64,000 nucleotides of DNA from an uncultured bacterium. GTDB taxonomy: Bacteria > Verrucomicrobiota > Lentisphaeria > Victivallales > UBA1829. A model generated the notes under the pieces. That model was not told where the DNA came from. It saw only the letters and a list, made by a program, of their open reading frames with translations, and made no database searches. The position numbers were made by a program, and so were the translations under genes. Numbering within the stretch: position 1 is the first letter of the stretch; each line of letters starts with the position of its first letter. The stretch covers positions 16-64,015 of the forward strand of contig CACZEK010000014.1 in NCBI GenBank assembly GCA_902780135.1. Reading direction: 5' to 3'. Shown here piece by piece: positions 38,615 to 47,094 of this stretch.

Positions 38615-39166
38615 TTATAATATAGCGCATCCGGCGCGTAAAATCAACTCGAAAACCCCGGAACGCAAACCTTTTTTCGCTTTTTGACCGCCTTTTGACT
38701 TCGATGGAACAAAAAAACACCCGTGCCGTCGAAGATGCCGGTCCCGCAGCCCCCGGATCACCGGGGAAAAATACTTGTAGATCTTTTCCTTCAGCATCGC
38801 GTGTGCCGCGTCGGACCATTTCACGCGGATGCGGAGTTTGTCGCCGGCGCGGGAGAGCGCGCCGAAGCCCAGGGCGGCGACGCCCTGCGGGAACATCCGC
38901 GCGGTCTCGGCTTCGTCGAGGTTCTTCCGGTTGGCGAGTTCGTACAGGTAATGCTCCGAGTCCACCGGGATCTGCTCGCCTTTCTTTTCGTGGTAGGCGA
39001 GGATGTCGTCGAGGTCGCCGGAGGTCAGCCGGACGGAGCCGTCCCGCCCGTTGCGGCAGAACCGCGTGTCGCCGACCGAAAAGAGCGTCCATTCGACGGG
39101 CACGCCCGATTCGTCGTGCGCGACGTCCGGGCCGGACGCGGACAATGCGATCCAGTTTTCGTTCAT
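38615..39166 (-). pseudogene. Truncated Mu-like prophage I (maturation protease) gene
   Basis: IPVDSEH, AALGF, VKWS..A and YKYFSPV match the Mu-type protease N-terminal motifs. Similarity ends near 38740 and the ORF tail runs through the next gene's promoter. Confidence 0.7.
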
Positions 39167-39547
39167 TTTTGTGCAGCCCTTTCATTTTGTCCGTTTTTTT
39201 TGAAAAAATTGCGCAAACCGTTTGACTTTTGGAAAAACAGAGTTATTTTATAACTGGAATCGCCATAGTGGGATAAATATTCGTAAGTCCAGCGGCCCAT
39301 GGTTCGCCCATGGCTCAAACTTGGCAGGTCCGGGTGGTAACGGCCCGGCATGGCGGTTCTGATTTTTTATACTCTGTTGAACCGGTTTTTGTATTGCTCC
39401 GATGCGCTGCAATGCGCATCCACGATTTTCCCAGTGTCCGTCCACGCCTTTCCGTTTCAGCGTGACATATCCGGTCCCGTCAAGCGCCTCGACGTTGATA
39501 ATGTTGTTTTCCCCGGCGACGGGCGTTTGGAGCCTGCAGCATTTCCC

Positions 39548-39860
39548 GTCCGCCGGTGCAGCGGCGGACTACCGCAGTTGAGGCTTTGCCTCGTGCGCAA
39601 GCGAAGCTGAGCGCACACCGCAAGCGGTGCTGATACAGTGCTTGGCTACGCTCAAGCACACCGCAAGCGGTGCTGATACAGTGCTTGGCTACGCTCAAGC
39701 ACATGGTATGTATATGTCTTCGTCCGCCAGCGTAGCGGCGGACTACCGCAGTCGAGGCTTTGCTTCGTGCCGTCGCGTAGCACGGCACTACCGCAGTTGA
39801 GGCTTTGCCTCACGTGCCCGAGCGGAGCCGGGCACTACCCAAGTCGAGGCATCCGCCTCG
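39548..39860. repeat. REP-like hairpin cluster 4 (mosaic array, 7 hairpins)
   Basis: Four units of hairpin plus TACCGCAGTYGAGGC...GCYTC (39548, 39722, 39767, 39814; the last linker is diverged), an exact 43-bp tandem duplication (39616-39702), and a variant hairpin at 39593. Confidence 0.9.
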
Positions 39861-41405
39861 TCATTCCCATTCGATGGTTCCCGGGGGCTTGGACGTGATG
39901 TCGTAGACGACGCGGTTCACGCCGTCGACCTCGTTGATGATGCGGTTGGAGATTCGCGCGAGGAGGGGATAGGGGAGACGGACCCAGTCGGCGGTCATGC
40001 CGTCGCGGCTTTCGACCGCGCGGATGGCGATGGCGTCCTCATAGGTGCGTTCGTCGCCCATGACGCCGACGGAGCGCACGGGGAGGAAGACGGCGAAGGT
40101 CTGCCAGATCTTGTAGTAGAGGTTCGCCTTCTTCATCTCGTCGACGATGATCCTGTCCGCGCCGCGGAGCACGGCGAGCTTGCCGGGGGTGACTTCGCCG
40201 ACGCAGCGGACGGCGAGTCCGGGGCCGGGGAACGGCTGGCGCATGACCATCTCCTCGGGGAGTCCGAGCTGGCGGCCGACCTCGCGCACCTCGTCCTTGA
40301 AGAGGCGGGAAAGCGGCTCAAGCAGCTTGAACTGCATGTGTTTCGGGAGGCCGCCGACGTTGTGGTGGCTCTTGATGACGGCGCTCGGGTTGCCGTCGAT
40401 GGAGATGCTTTCGATGACGTCCGGGTAGGTGGTGCCCTGGGCGAGGAAGGTAACGTCGGGGATGTTCGCGCAGGCGTCGTTGAAGACCTGGATGAACTCG
40501 CCGCCGATGATCTTGCGCTTGCGTTCGGGCTCGGTGACGCCGGCGAGCTTCGAGAGGAAGCGGTCGGTGGCGTCGACGTACACGAGCGACATCTTGAACG
40601 TGCCGCCGAAGAGCTCGCGGACGCGCTCCGGCTCGTCCTTGCGGAGCAGGCCGTTGTTCACGAAGACGCAGGTGAGCTGGTCGCCGATCGCCTTGTGGAT
40701 GAGCGCGGCCGCCACGGAGGAATCGACGCCGCCGGAGAGGCCGAGGATCACGTTCGCGGAGCCGACGGTCTCGCGGATCTCCGCCACGGAGCGTTCGATG
40801 AAGTCGGACATGGTCCAGTTCGCGGAACAGCCGCAGATGCCGAGGCAGAAGTTTTCGATGACGAGCGGGCCCATGGGGGAGTGGACGACTTCGGGGTGGA
40901 ACTGGATGCCGAAGAGGCGGCGGTCCAGGTCCTGCACGGCGGCGAACTCGGTGTTGTCGGTCTTCGCGCAGGTCTTGAACCCTTCGGGCAGGCGCGTCAC
41001 CTTGTCGCCGTGGGACATCCACATCTGGGTTTCGGCGGGGACGTCCTCGAAGAGCGGGGACGCGGCGGTGGTCGTGACGATCGCCTTGCCGTATTCGCGG
41101 GCGTCGCCGTGCGCCACTTCGCCGCCGAGCGTTTCGACCATGAGCTGGAGGCCGTAGCAGATGCCCAGCACCGGGATGCCGAGCTTGAAGATGCCGGGGT
41201 CGCATTTCGGGGCGTTCGCCTGGTACACGCTCGCGGGGCCGCCGCTCAGGATGATGCCCGCGGGCGCGGCGGCGCGGATCTCCTCCGCCGGGGTCCTGTA
41301 GGAGACGATCTTGCTGTAGACATGGAGTTCGCGGACGCGCCGTGCGATGAGCTGGCTGTACTGGGATCCGAAATCCAGCACGAGAATGGTTTCAGGATGG
41401 TTCAT
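39861..41405 (-). CDS. guaA: GMP synthase (glutamine-hydrolysing)
   Basis: [32 protein letters not shown] and terminal KPPGTIEWE. Confidence 0.98.
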   Translation of the reverse strand: MNHPETILVLDFGSQYSQLIARRVRELHVYSKIVSYRTPAEEIRAAAPAGIILSGGPASVYQANAPKCDPGIFKLGIPVLGICYGLQLMVETLGGEVAHGDAREYGKAIVTTTAASPLFEDVPAETQMWMSHGDKVTRLPEGFKTCAKTDNTEFAAVQDLDRRLFGIQFHPEVVHSPMGPLVIENFCLGICGCSANWTMSDFIERSVAEIRETVGSANVILGLSGGVDSSVAAALIHKAIGDQLTCVFVNNGLLRKDEPERVRELFGGTFKMSLVYVDATDRFLSKLAGVTEPERKRKIIGGEFIQVFNDACANIPDVTFLAQGTTYPDVIESISIDGNPSAVIKSHHNVGGLPKHMQFKLLEPLSRLFKDEVREVGRQLGLPEEMVMRQPFPGPGLAVRCVGEVTPGKLAVLRGADRIIVDEMKKANLYYKIWQTFAVFLPVRSVGVMGDERTYEDAIAIRAVESRDGMTADWVRLPYPLLARISNRIINEVDGVNRVVYDITSKPPGTIEWE

Positions 41406-41606
41406 AACGCTTTTTCCAGGGTGGTCAGAAAAAAAAGAGTATCATATAATATGATACTGAAATGAAAAAAAATCCAGTCCGGAACGGTAGATTTTCGGAA
41501 AAAAAGAGCCGGGATCTCTTCAGCCGGGGAAAGGAAAAAGCCCCCGCCGCATAGGATGCTGACGGAGGCGTTTGTTTTTTTGAGGATCGCTGTTTTCAGC
41601 GGCGGA

Positions 41607-44399
41607 TCATGCCAGCATGCCGGACGTCTGGCGGAACAGCATGCCGTCGTCCGGCGTCAGCCCGGCGTCCGCGAGAGGCGGCTGCGCCTCCGGAACGGCC
41701 ACGGAGAGTCCGTCGGCGAGGATGTCCCGCACGGTTTCCGCGGCCGCGGATTCCGGCATGGCGAGCGCGGACGCGTTTTTCGCCGAGGAGAAACTCGCGG
41801 TGGTCCGGTAGTAGACTTCGCCCTTCTTCGTCGCATCGTTTGCGGCCTGCATGGAGACGAAATACCGGACGTTTCCGCCGGTGGCGGCGTCGATCCCGAC
41901 GCCCTCGATCCGTACGTCGTCGACGTGGTCCGCGCCGGCGAACTTGACGGTCTTCGTCGCCAGAGCCTTCTTCGTCCAGGCTTTCGACGAATCGCTCCGC
42001 GTGAGGCTGTACACCGTGAACTTCGCGCTTGCCTTCTCCGTGCCGTACATGTCGACCGAGAAGGAACAGGTCCCCGCCGCATCGAACGCGATCTCGGCAT
42101 AGTCGATCTCGTCGCCGAATCCGACGAAGCTGTCGTAGGTCTTTCCGTAAGCTTTTTTCTCGACCTCGACGCTGTCGCCTTCCTTGCCGACCTCCATGAG
42201 AACGGTCTTTCCGCTCCCGGAAACGGCGGTGGTCCTGAGGTCCGGATTGACGGTCTTCTTGTCCGTGAGCAGCGTGTCGTTCGTGCCGTAGTCGGACGCG
42301 AAGACCGTGCTTTCGACGTTCACTTTGTACCACGCCATGCCGCCGGACTTCGCGTCCGTGCTCTGGGCCGAGATGTAATACCCGGTCCCGGTGTCGCCGA
42401 CGAGACGCTTGAGCAGGAGATCTCCCGTCGAAAGGACGTCCTTATTCGGCGACAAGGTCAGCGATTTGACTTCTTTCCGGACCCACTTGCCGTTCTTGTT
42501 CGTGAGGCTGCAGACGGCGAACTTCACGCTGCCGGTCGCGCTGACCGTGAAGTTCAGCTTCGCGGGCTGCGTCAGCGAGAGTTTCGCGAAATCGGCGCCG
42601 TCGCCGAATCCGACGTAGTTGTCGTAAAGCCCGCAGACCGCCTTCGTTTCGTCCACCTGGACCGGAGAGACGCCGTCCGCGATCTTGATCCCCTTTCCGT
42701 TCCCGCAGACGTCGTCGTTCAGGGTGTTCCCATCCAGCAGGTCGTTGTTCCAGCCGTCGTCGGCGTCCGCCACGCCCGCGGAGATCGAGAGCTGTTTGCC
42801 TGGTTTCCCGCGGTTCAGGATCAGCGCGCCGTTGATGAGGCTCAGGGAATACTCCGCCTTGCCGAATTTCACGGACCCGCCGCCGACCGACAGGTCCTCG
42901 CTGTCGCCGGCTTCGTTTTGGAGCGTGATCGTCTGATCGAATCCCGCCGCGCCCTTCGCCAGCAGGAAGCTCTGCACAGTGTTGGAGGCCGATTTCGCCA
43001 CGGAGACCGCGTAATACGCGTGGCCGGAGTTCCAGTTGGCGATCGACGACAGGGCGTTGATGCGGACGGGCGCGCCGCCGCCCAGGTTTGCGCCTGTCCC
43101 GATGTCGAATACGATCTCCCCGTTCATTTTCAGCGTTGCTTTCGCGCCGTCTTTCAGGATGATCTGCCCTGAAAGCTTCGTTCCGGTGTTGATGTTCATG
43201 ATGCCGCCCTTGCGGATCACCGTGCGGCCTGCCAGCGTAGCGGAAACGGTTAATATCTCGCCCATACTCGCGACATCGACGCCGGATGCGACGCCGTCGT
43301 AGTAGACCACAAGCAAGCCTCCGTCTCCCACCTCCGTCCTGTATGCCGTTCCGCCGGAGGACACGAACAGTTCTCCGTTCCTCTGGATTTGAGTGCCGCT
43401 CGCCAGCCCTTTGTATTCGACGTGAAGCTCTCCGTCGTTTTTCAACTTCGTCGCGTTCGCGATGCCGCCGGACGACACATAAGCCCGCCCGTTGTTGTCG
43501 ACCGTCAGGGCGTCCGTCACGCCGCCGGAGTGGATATACACCTTGCCGGTCCCCGTCGCGGTATAGCCGGCGGGCTTGCCGCCGGACATCACGTACATCG
43601 AGGCGTTGTCCCCGATCTTGCGGTCGGCGGGGCCTGTCTGATCGACGAACGCGCCGTTCGAGCCGTAGTAGATGCCGGAATACTTGCTGACGAAAGTCAC
43701 GGTCGCGCCGGGCGCGACCTGGACGATGCCTTTGCCGGGCGTCCAGTCGATCTTAGTCGCGGTGCCGCCGGTGTAGACAGACATGACGGCGTTGCGCTCG
43801 ATCCTCGCCGAATTCACCTTGCCGCCGGACATCACGTTCATGCGGCCGCCGAATTCGAGCGCGGCCTGTTTTGCGGCGCCGCCGGAGTTGACATACATGG
43901 TCCCGCCGGAAAGGACCGAGGGACGGTAAACGGAACCGCCGTCGACATACGCGACGCCGCCGGACGTGACGAACGTAAACGTGTCCGCCTTGCCGGAGAG
44001 ATACAGCATTCCGTTTGCGCCGACCGTGGTCTCGGCGATCCGGCCGCCGGGCAGGACGTCCATCGACCCGCCGACGAGGTCGCCCGCCCTCGCGGAGCCT
44101 CCCGATTCCACGGTTACGTTTCTTATGATGCGGGGATCCTTGTTGCCGTAGCCCAGGAGCTGTCCGCCCTTCTGCACCGTGATCCCGTCCGCCGTGCCTG
44201 CGCTGCCGTAGACGTACATCTGGCCGCCGTTTTGAATCGTGGCGCTGCTTGCCGTGCCGCCGTCGTAGACGAGCAGCTGGCCTTTTTTGCCGACGGTGGT
44301 GTCCAAAGCGGTTCCTCCGCTGAAGACATCCATTCTCCGTTCGATCAGCGTAAGCCCGGAACTTGTTTCGCCGTTAAGGACGTCAATGATCTCATCCAT
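41607..44399 (-). CDS. AIDA/passenger-type beta-helix repeat protein with two C-terminal beta-sandwich repeats; no autotransporter barrel
   Basis: About 19-aa V.SGG.A..T.V..GG repeats and two VGFGD..D(F/Y)A modules. The protein ends in QTSGMLA. Confidence 0.8.
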   Translation of the reverse strand: MDEIIDVLNGETSSGLTLIERRMDVFSGGTALDTTVGKKGQLLVYDGGTASSATIQNGGQMYVYGSAGTADGITVQKGGQLLGYGNKDPRIIRNVTVESGGSARAGDLVGGSMDVLPGGRIAETTVGANGMLYLSGKADTFTFVTSGGVAYVDGGSVYRPSVLSGGTMYVNSGGAAKQAALEFGGRMNVMSGGKVNSARIERNAVMSVYTGGTATKIDWTPGKGIVQVAPGATVTFVSKYSGIYYGSNGAFVDQTGPADRKIGDNASMYVMSGGKPAGYTATGTGKVYIHSGGVTDALTVDNNGRAYVSSGGIANATKLKNDGELHVEYKGLASGTQIQRNGELFVSSGGTAYRTEVGDGGLLVVYYDGVASGVDVASMGEILTVSATLAGRTVIRKGGIMNINTGTKLSGQIILKDGAKATLKMNGEIVFDIGTGANLGGGAPVRINALSSIANWNSGHAYYAVSVAKSASNTVQSFLLAKGAAGFDQTITLQNEAGDSEDLSVGGGSVKFGKAEYSLSLINGALILNRGKPGKQLSISAGVADADDGWNNDLLDGNTLNDDVCGNGKGIKIADGVSPVQVDETKAVCGLYDNYVGFGDGADFAKLSLTQPAKLNFTVSATGSVKFAVCSLTNKNGKWVRKEVKSLTLSPNKDVLSTGDLLLKRLVGDTGTGYYISAQSTDAKSGGMAWYKVNVESTVFASDYGTNDTLLTDKKTVNPDLRTTAVSGSGKTVLMEVGKEGDSVEVEKKAYGKTYDSFVGFGDEIDYAEIAFDAAGTCSFSVDMYGTEKASAKFTVYSLTRSDSSKAWTKKALATKTVKFAGADHVDDVRIEGVGIDAATGGNVRYFVSMQAANDATKKGEVYYRTTASFSSAKNASALAMPESAAAETVRDILADGLSVAVPEAQPPLADAGLTPDDGMLFRQTSGMLA

Positions 44400-44555
44400 G
44401 GGAAGACTCCCTTGCGTTTGTGTATGTTATGATTCGTTCGAATTCAGGGGCGGGGCAGCGGTTTCAATACTATAACACGTTCCGCAGGAAAATGCAAACT
44501 TTTTTTCTGCTGGAAAATAGAAAAACGGATGCGGCGGTCTGTGCCCGCGCGACGG

Positions 44556-45830
44556 TCAGATCTCGCGGTAGTGGCGCATGGTGAGCCACACGAGGAGCGC
44601 GGTCAGCAGGAAGAAGAGGGAGCCGCCCGCGAAGATGAAGCGGATGCCGAGGTTGGCGGCGATGGGGCCGCCCGCGACCGGGGCGAGTCCGAGGCCGAGG
44701 CAGCGCATGGCGGACGCCCAGCCGAACATCTGGCCGCGGGAACGTTCGTCGGTCTTTTTCGCGAGCCAGATCTGCATGGCGGGGTCGATGCCGCTGCTCA
44801 TGAAGATCATGGCGAACCGCAGCACGAAGAGGGCGGCGAGCCCCCAGACGAACGAAATGGAGAACATGAAGGCGGCGGTCAGGAGGGCGGAGATGACCGC
44901 CAGTCGGCCCGGCGGGTAGTGGTCGGCGAGATAGCCGAGCAGGAACCCTGAGACGACGCCCGCGAGGCCGCAGAGGCCGGAAAGCGCGCCCGTGATCCGC
45001 GACGCGCCGTCGATGCCGCCGTGCAGGTCCTGGACGAAGAGCGGGACGAAGGAGTTGTCGAACGACCGGGAGAACATCACGAGGCACATGATGAGGAGGA
45101 TGGGCAGGTTGAGCGCGATCTGGGATGCGTCGGGGCGGAGCGCGCGGATCATGCCGCGCACCCCGGAGGCGTTCCCCTGCGGCGTGTAGTATTCGCGGGA
45201 GAAGAAGAAAACGGCGACGAACGCCATGACCATGCAGAGCGCGGAGACCACGAACGCCAGCCGGTACCCGGCGTATTCGGCGACGTAGCCGCCCGCGAAC
45301 GCCCCGGCGATGGTGCCGGAGAACATGGCGCTGTTCAGCGCGCCGAGCGCGAATCCGGTATGCTCGCGCGGAGTCTGCGTGGAGATGAGCGCCTGCGAGG
45401 CGGACATGGTGCCGCAGAACGCCCCCTGGATCACGCGGAGTGCGACCAGCTGGAGCGGGGTCTGCGCCACGCTGATGAGCCCGATCGCCACCGCTCCGCC
45501 CACGTAGGACCGCAGGAGCATCTTCCGCCGTCCGTAGCGGTCGCCGAGCGCGCCCCAGACGGGCGAGAAGAACATCATGGTGAGCGGGCATGCCGCGCTG
45601 AAGGCGGCGACCCAGTAGGCGAGCTCCGCCTTGTCCGAGATGCCCATGTCCTCCTGCATCAGATAGGAGATGAACGGCAGCCCGAACGAAAACCCGATGG
45701 CGGACAGGAACTGCGCCGTCCAGATCACGCAGAGATGGCGTTTCCAGGTGCGGCTGAAATCCGGGGCGTTTCCGCCTGAGAGCCGGACGGACGCGGGGGC
45801 GTCCGCCGATTGTGTCCTGGCTTGCGGCAT
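44556..45830 (-). CDS. MFS transporter (MdtG/DHA1-like)
   Basis: WGALGDRYGRR motif A, LRVIQG and about 12 TM segments. Start at MPQART. Confidence 0.88.
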   Translation of the reverse strand: MPQARTQSADAPASVRLSGGNAPDFSRTWKRHLCVIWTAQFLSAIGFSFGLPFISYLMQEDMGISDKAELAYWVAAFSAACPLTMMFFSPVWGALGDRYGRRKMLLRSYVGGAVAIGLISVAQTPLQLVALRVIQGAFCGTMSASQALISTQTPREHTGFALGALNSAMFSGTIAGAFAGGYVAEYAGYRLAFVVSALCMVMAFVAVFFFSREYYTPQGNASGVRGMIRALRPDASQIALNLPILLIMCLVMFSRSFDNSFVPLFVQDLHGGIDGASRITGALSGLCGLAGVVSGFLLGYLADHYPPGRLAVISALLTAAFMFSISFVWGLAALFVLRFAMIFMSSGIDPAMQIWLAKKTDERSRGQMFGWASAMRCLGLGLAPVAGGPIAANLGIRFIFAGGSLFFLLTALLVWLTMRHYREI

Positions 45831-45849
45831 GGTCGCCGTCCGCGCCGGG

Positions 45850-47094
45850 TCAGGCGCGGCCTCCGCGCGCGGCTTCGAACGCCTCGAACGCGTCGGGGAA
45901 CGGGGAGAGAGCGCGTTTGAGGATGCCGTGGATGTGCGCGATGGCGACGCCGTAGTTCGTGAAGGGCACGCCCTGTTCGCGGCAGTGCAGGATGCGGGAG
46001 AGGACGGCGCGGCGGTTGAACGTGCAGGCCCCGCAGTGGAGCACCAGGTCGAACGGCGTGAGGTCGTCGGGGAAATCCGCCCCGGCGGCGACGGTGAATT
46101 CGATGCCGTCCGCATGGCGGTATTCGCGGATCCAGCGCGGGAGCTTCACGCGTCCGATGTCGTCGCCGATGGGATGGTGCGTGCAGGCTTCCGCGACGAG
46201 CACGCGCGAGCCGTCGTGCAGACGGTCGATCGCGGCGGCTCCGGCGGCGCATGCGGCGAGGTCGCCCTTCATGCGCGCCAGCAGGATGGAGAACGAGGTA
46301 AGCGGGATCTCCGGCGGGACGGCGCGCGAGGCGATGCCGAACGCCTGGGAGTCTGTCACGGCGAGCGCGGGCGGCGTCTTCAGCTGCGCGAGCATGTCCG
46401 CGATGCGGCGCTCGGTCACGCACAGGCAGAGCGCGTCGTGGTCGAGCGTGTCGCGGATCGCCTGGACTTCCGGCAGGATCATGCGTCCCTTCGGCGCTTC
46501 CTTGTCGATCGGCGTGATGAGCAGCACGGGGTCGCCCGGCGCGATGAGGTCGCCGAGCATGGGGCGCGCGCCGAGGAAGCCTTCGGGTGCGGCGCCGACC
46601 AGCGCGGCGCGGAGCGCGCCGAGTCCGGCGTTTGTGCGGGCGGAGACTTCCACGTGCGGGATCTTCTCCGCGTCGAGTTTCGCGAGGAGCGCGGGATCGG
46701 GCGCGGAGACGTCGGCCTTCGTGAACACGACGATCAGCGGCGCGGAGCGTCCGCGGAAAAATGCGAGGACGTCTTCCTCCGTCCTGCTCCAGCCGCCGTC
46801 CGTCACGAGGAGCGCGAGGTCGGCGCGGTCGAAGACGCGGCGGCTTTTCTCGACGCGCATGCCGCCGAGCGCGGTCGGATCCTCGTCCAGCCCGGCGGTG
46901 TCGATGAAGAGAACGGGGCCGAGCGGGGGCAGCTCCATGGGCTTTTCGACGGGGTCGGTGGTGGTGCCGGGCACGTCCGAGACGATCACGACGTCCTGCC
47001 CCGCGAGGGCGTTGAGGAGCGAGGACTTTCCGGCGTTGCGGCGTCCGAAGAACCCGATCTGAAGGCGAAGCCCCTTAGGTGTGTTCTGGATCAT
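45850..47094 (-). CDS. hydF: [FeFe]-hydrogenase H-cluster maturation GTPase
   Basis: GRRNAGKSS, GTTTDPV, DTAG, PKGRMILP, TDSQ and CTHH...DIG...HCGAC motifs. Confidence 0.95.
   Translation of the reverse strand: MIQNTPKGLRLQIGFFGRRNAGKSSLLNALAGQDVVIVSDVPGTTTDPVEKPMELPPLGPVLFIDTAGLDEDPTALGGMRVEKSRRVFDRADLALLVTDGGWSRTEEDVLAFFRGRSAPLIVVFTKADVSAPDPALLAKLDAEKIPHVEVSARTNAGLGALRAALVGAAPEGFLGARPMLGDLIAPGDPVLLITPIDKEAPKGRMILPEVQAIRDTLDHDALCLCVTERRIADMLAQLKTPPALAVTDSQAFGIASRAVPPEIPLTSFSILLARMKGDLAACAAGAAAIDRLHDGSRVLVAEACTHHPIGDDIGRVKLPRWIREYRHADGIEFTVAAGADFPDDLTPFDLVLHCGACTFNRRAVLSRILHCREQGVPFTNYGVAIAHIHGILKRALSPFPDAFEAFEAARGGRA

Noticed and set aside
38615-39545. Intact prophage
   Set aside because: Only one truncated phage-like gene is present, with no transposase, integrase or structural genes.
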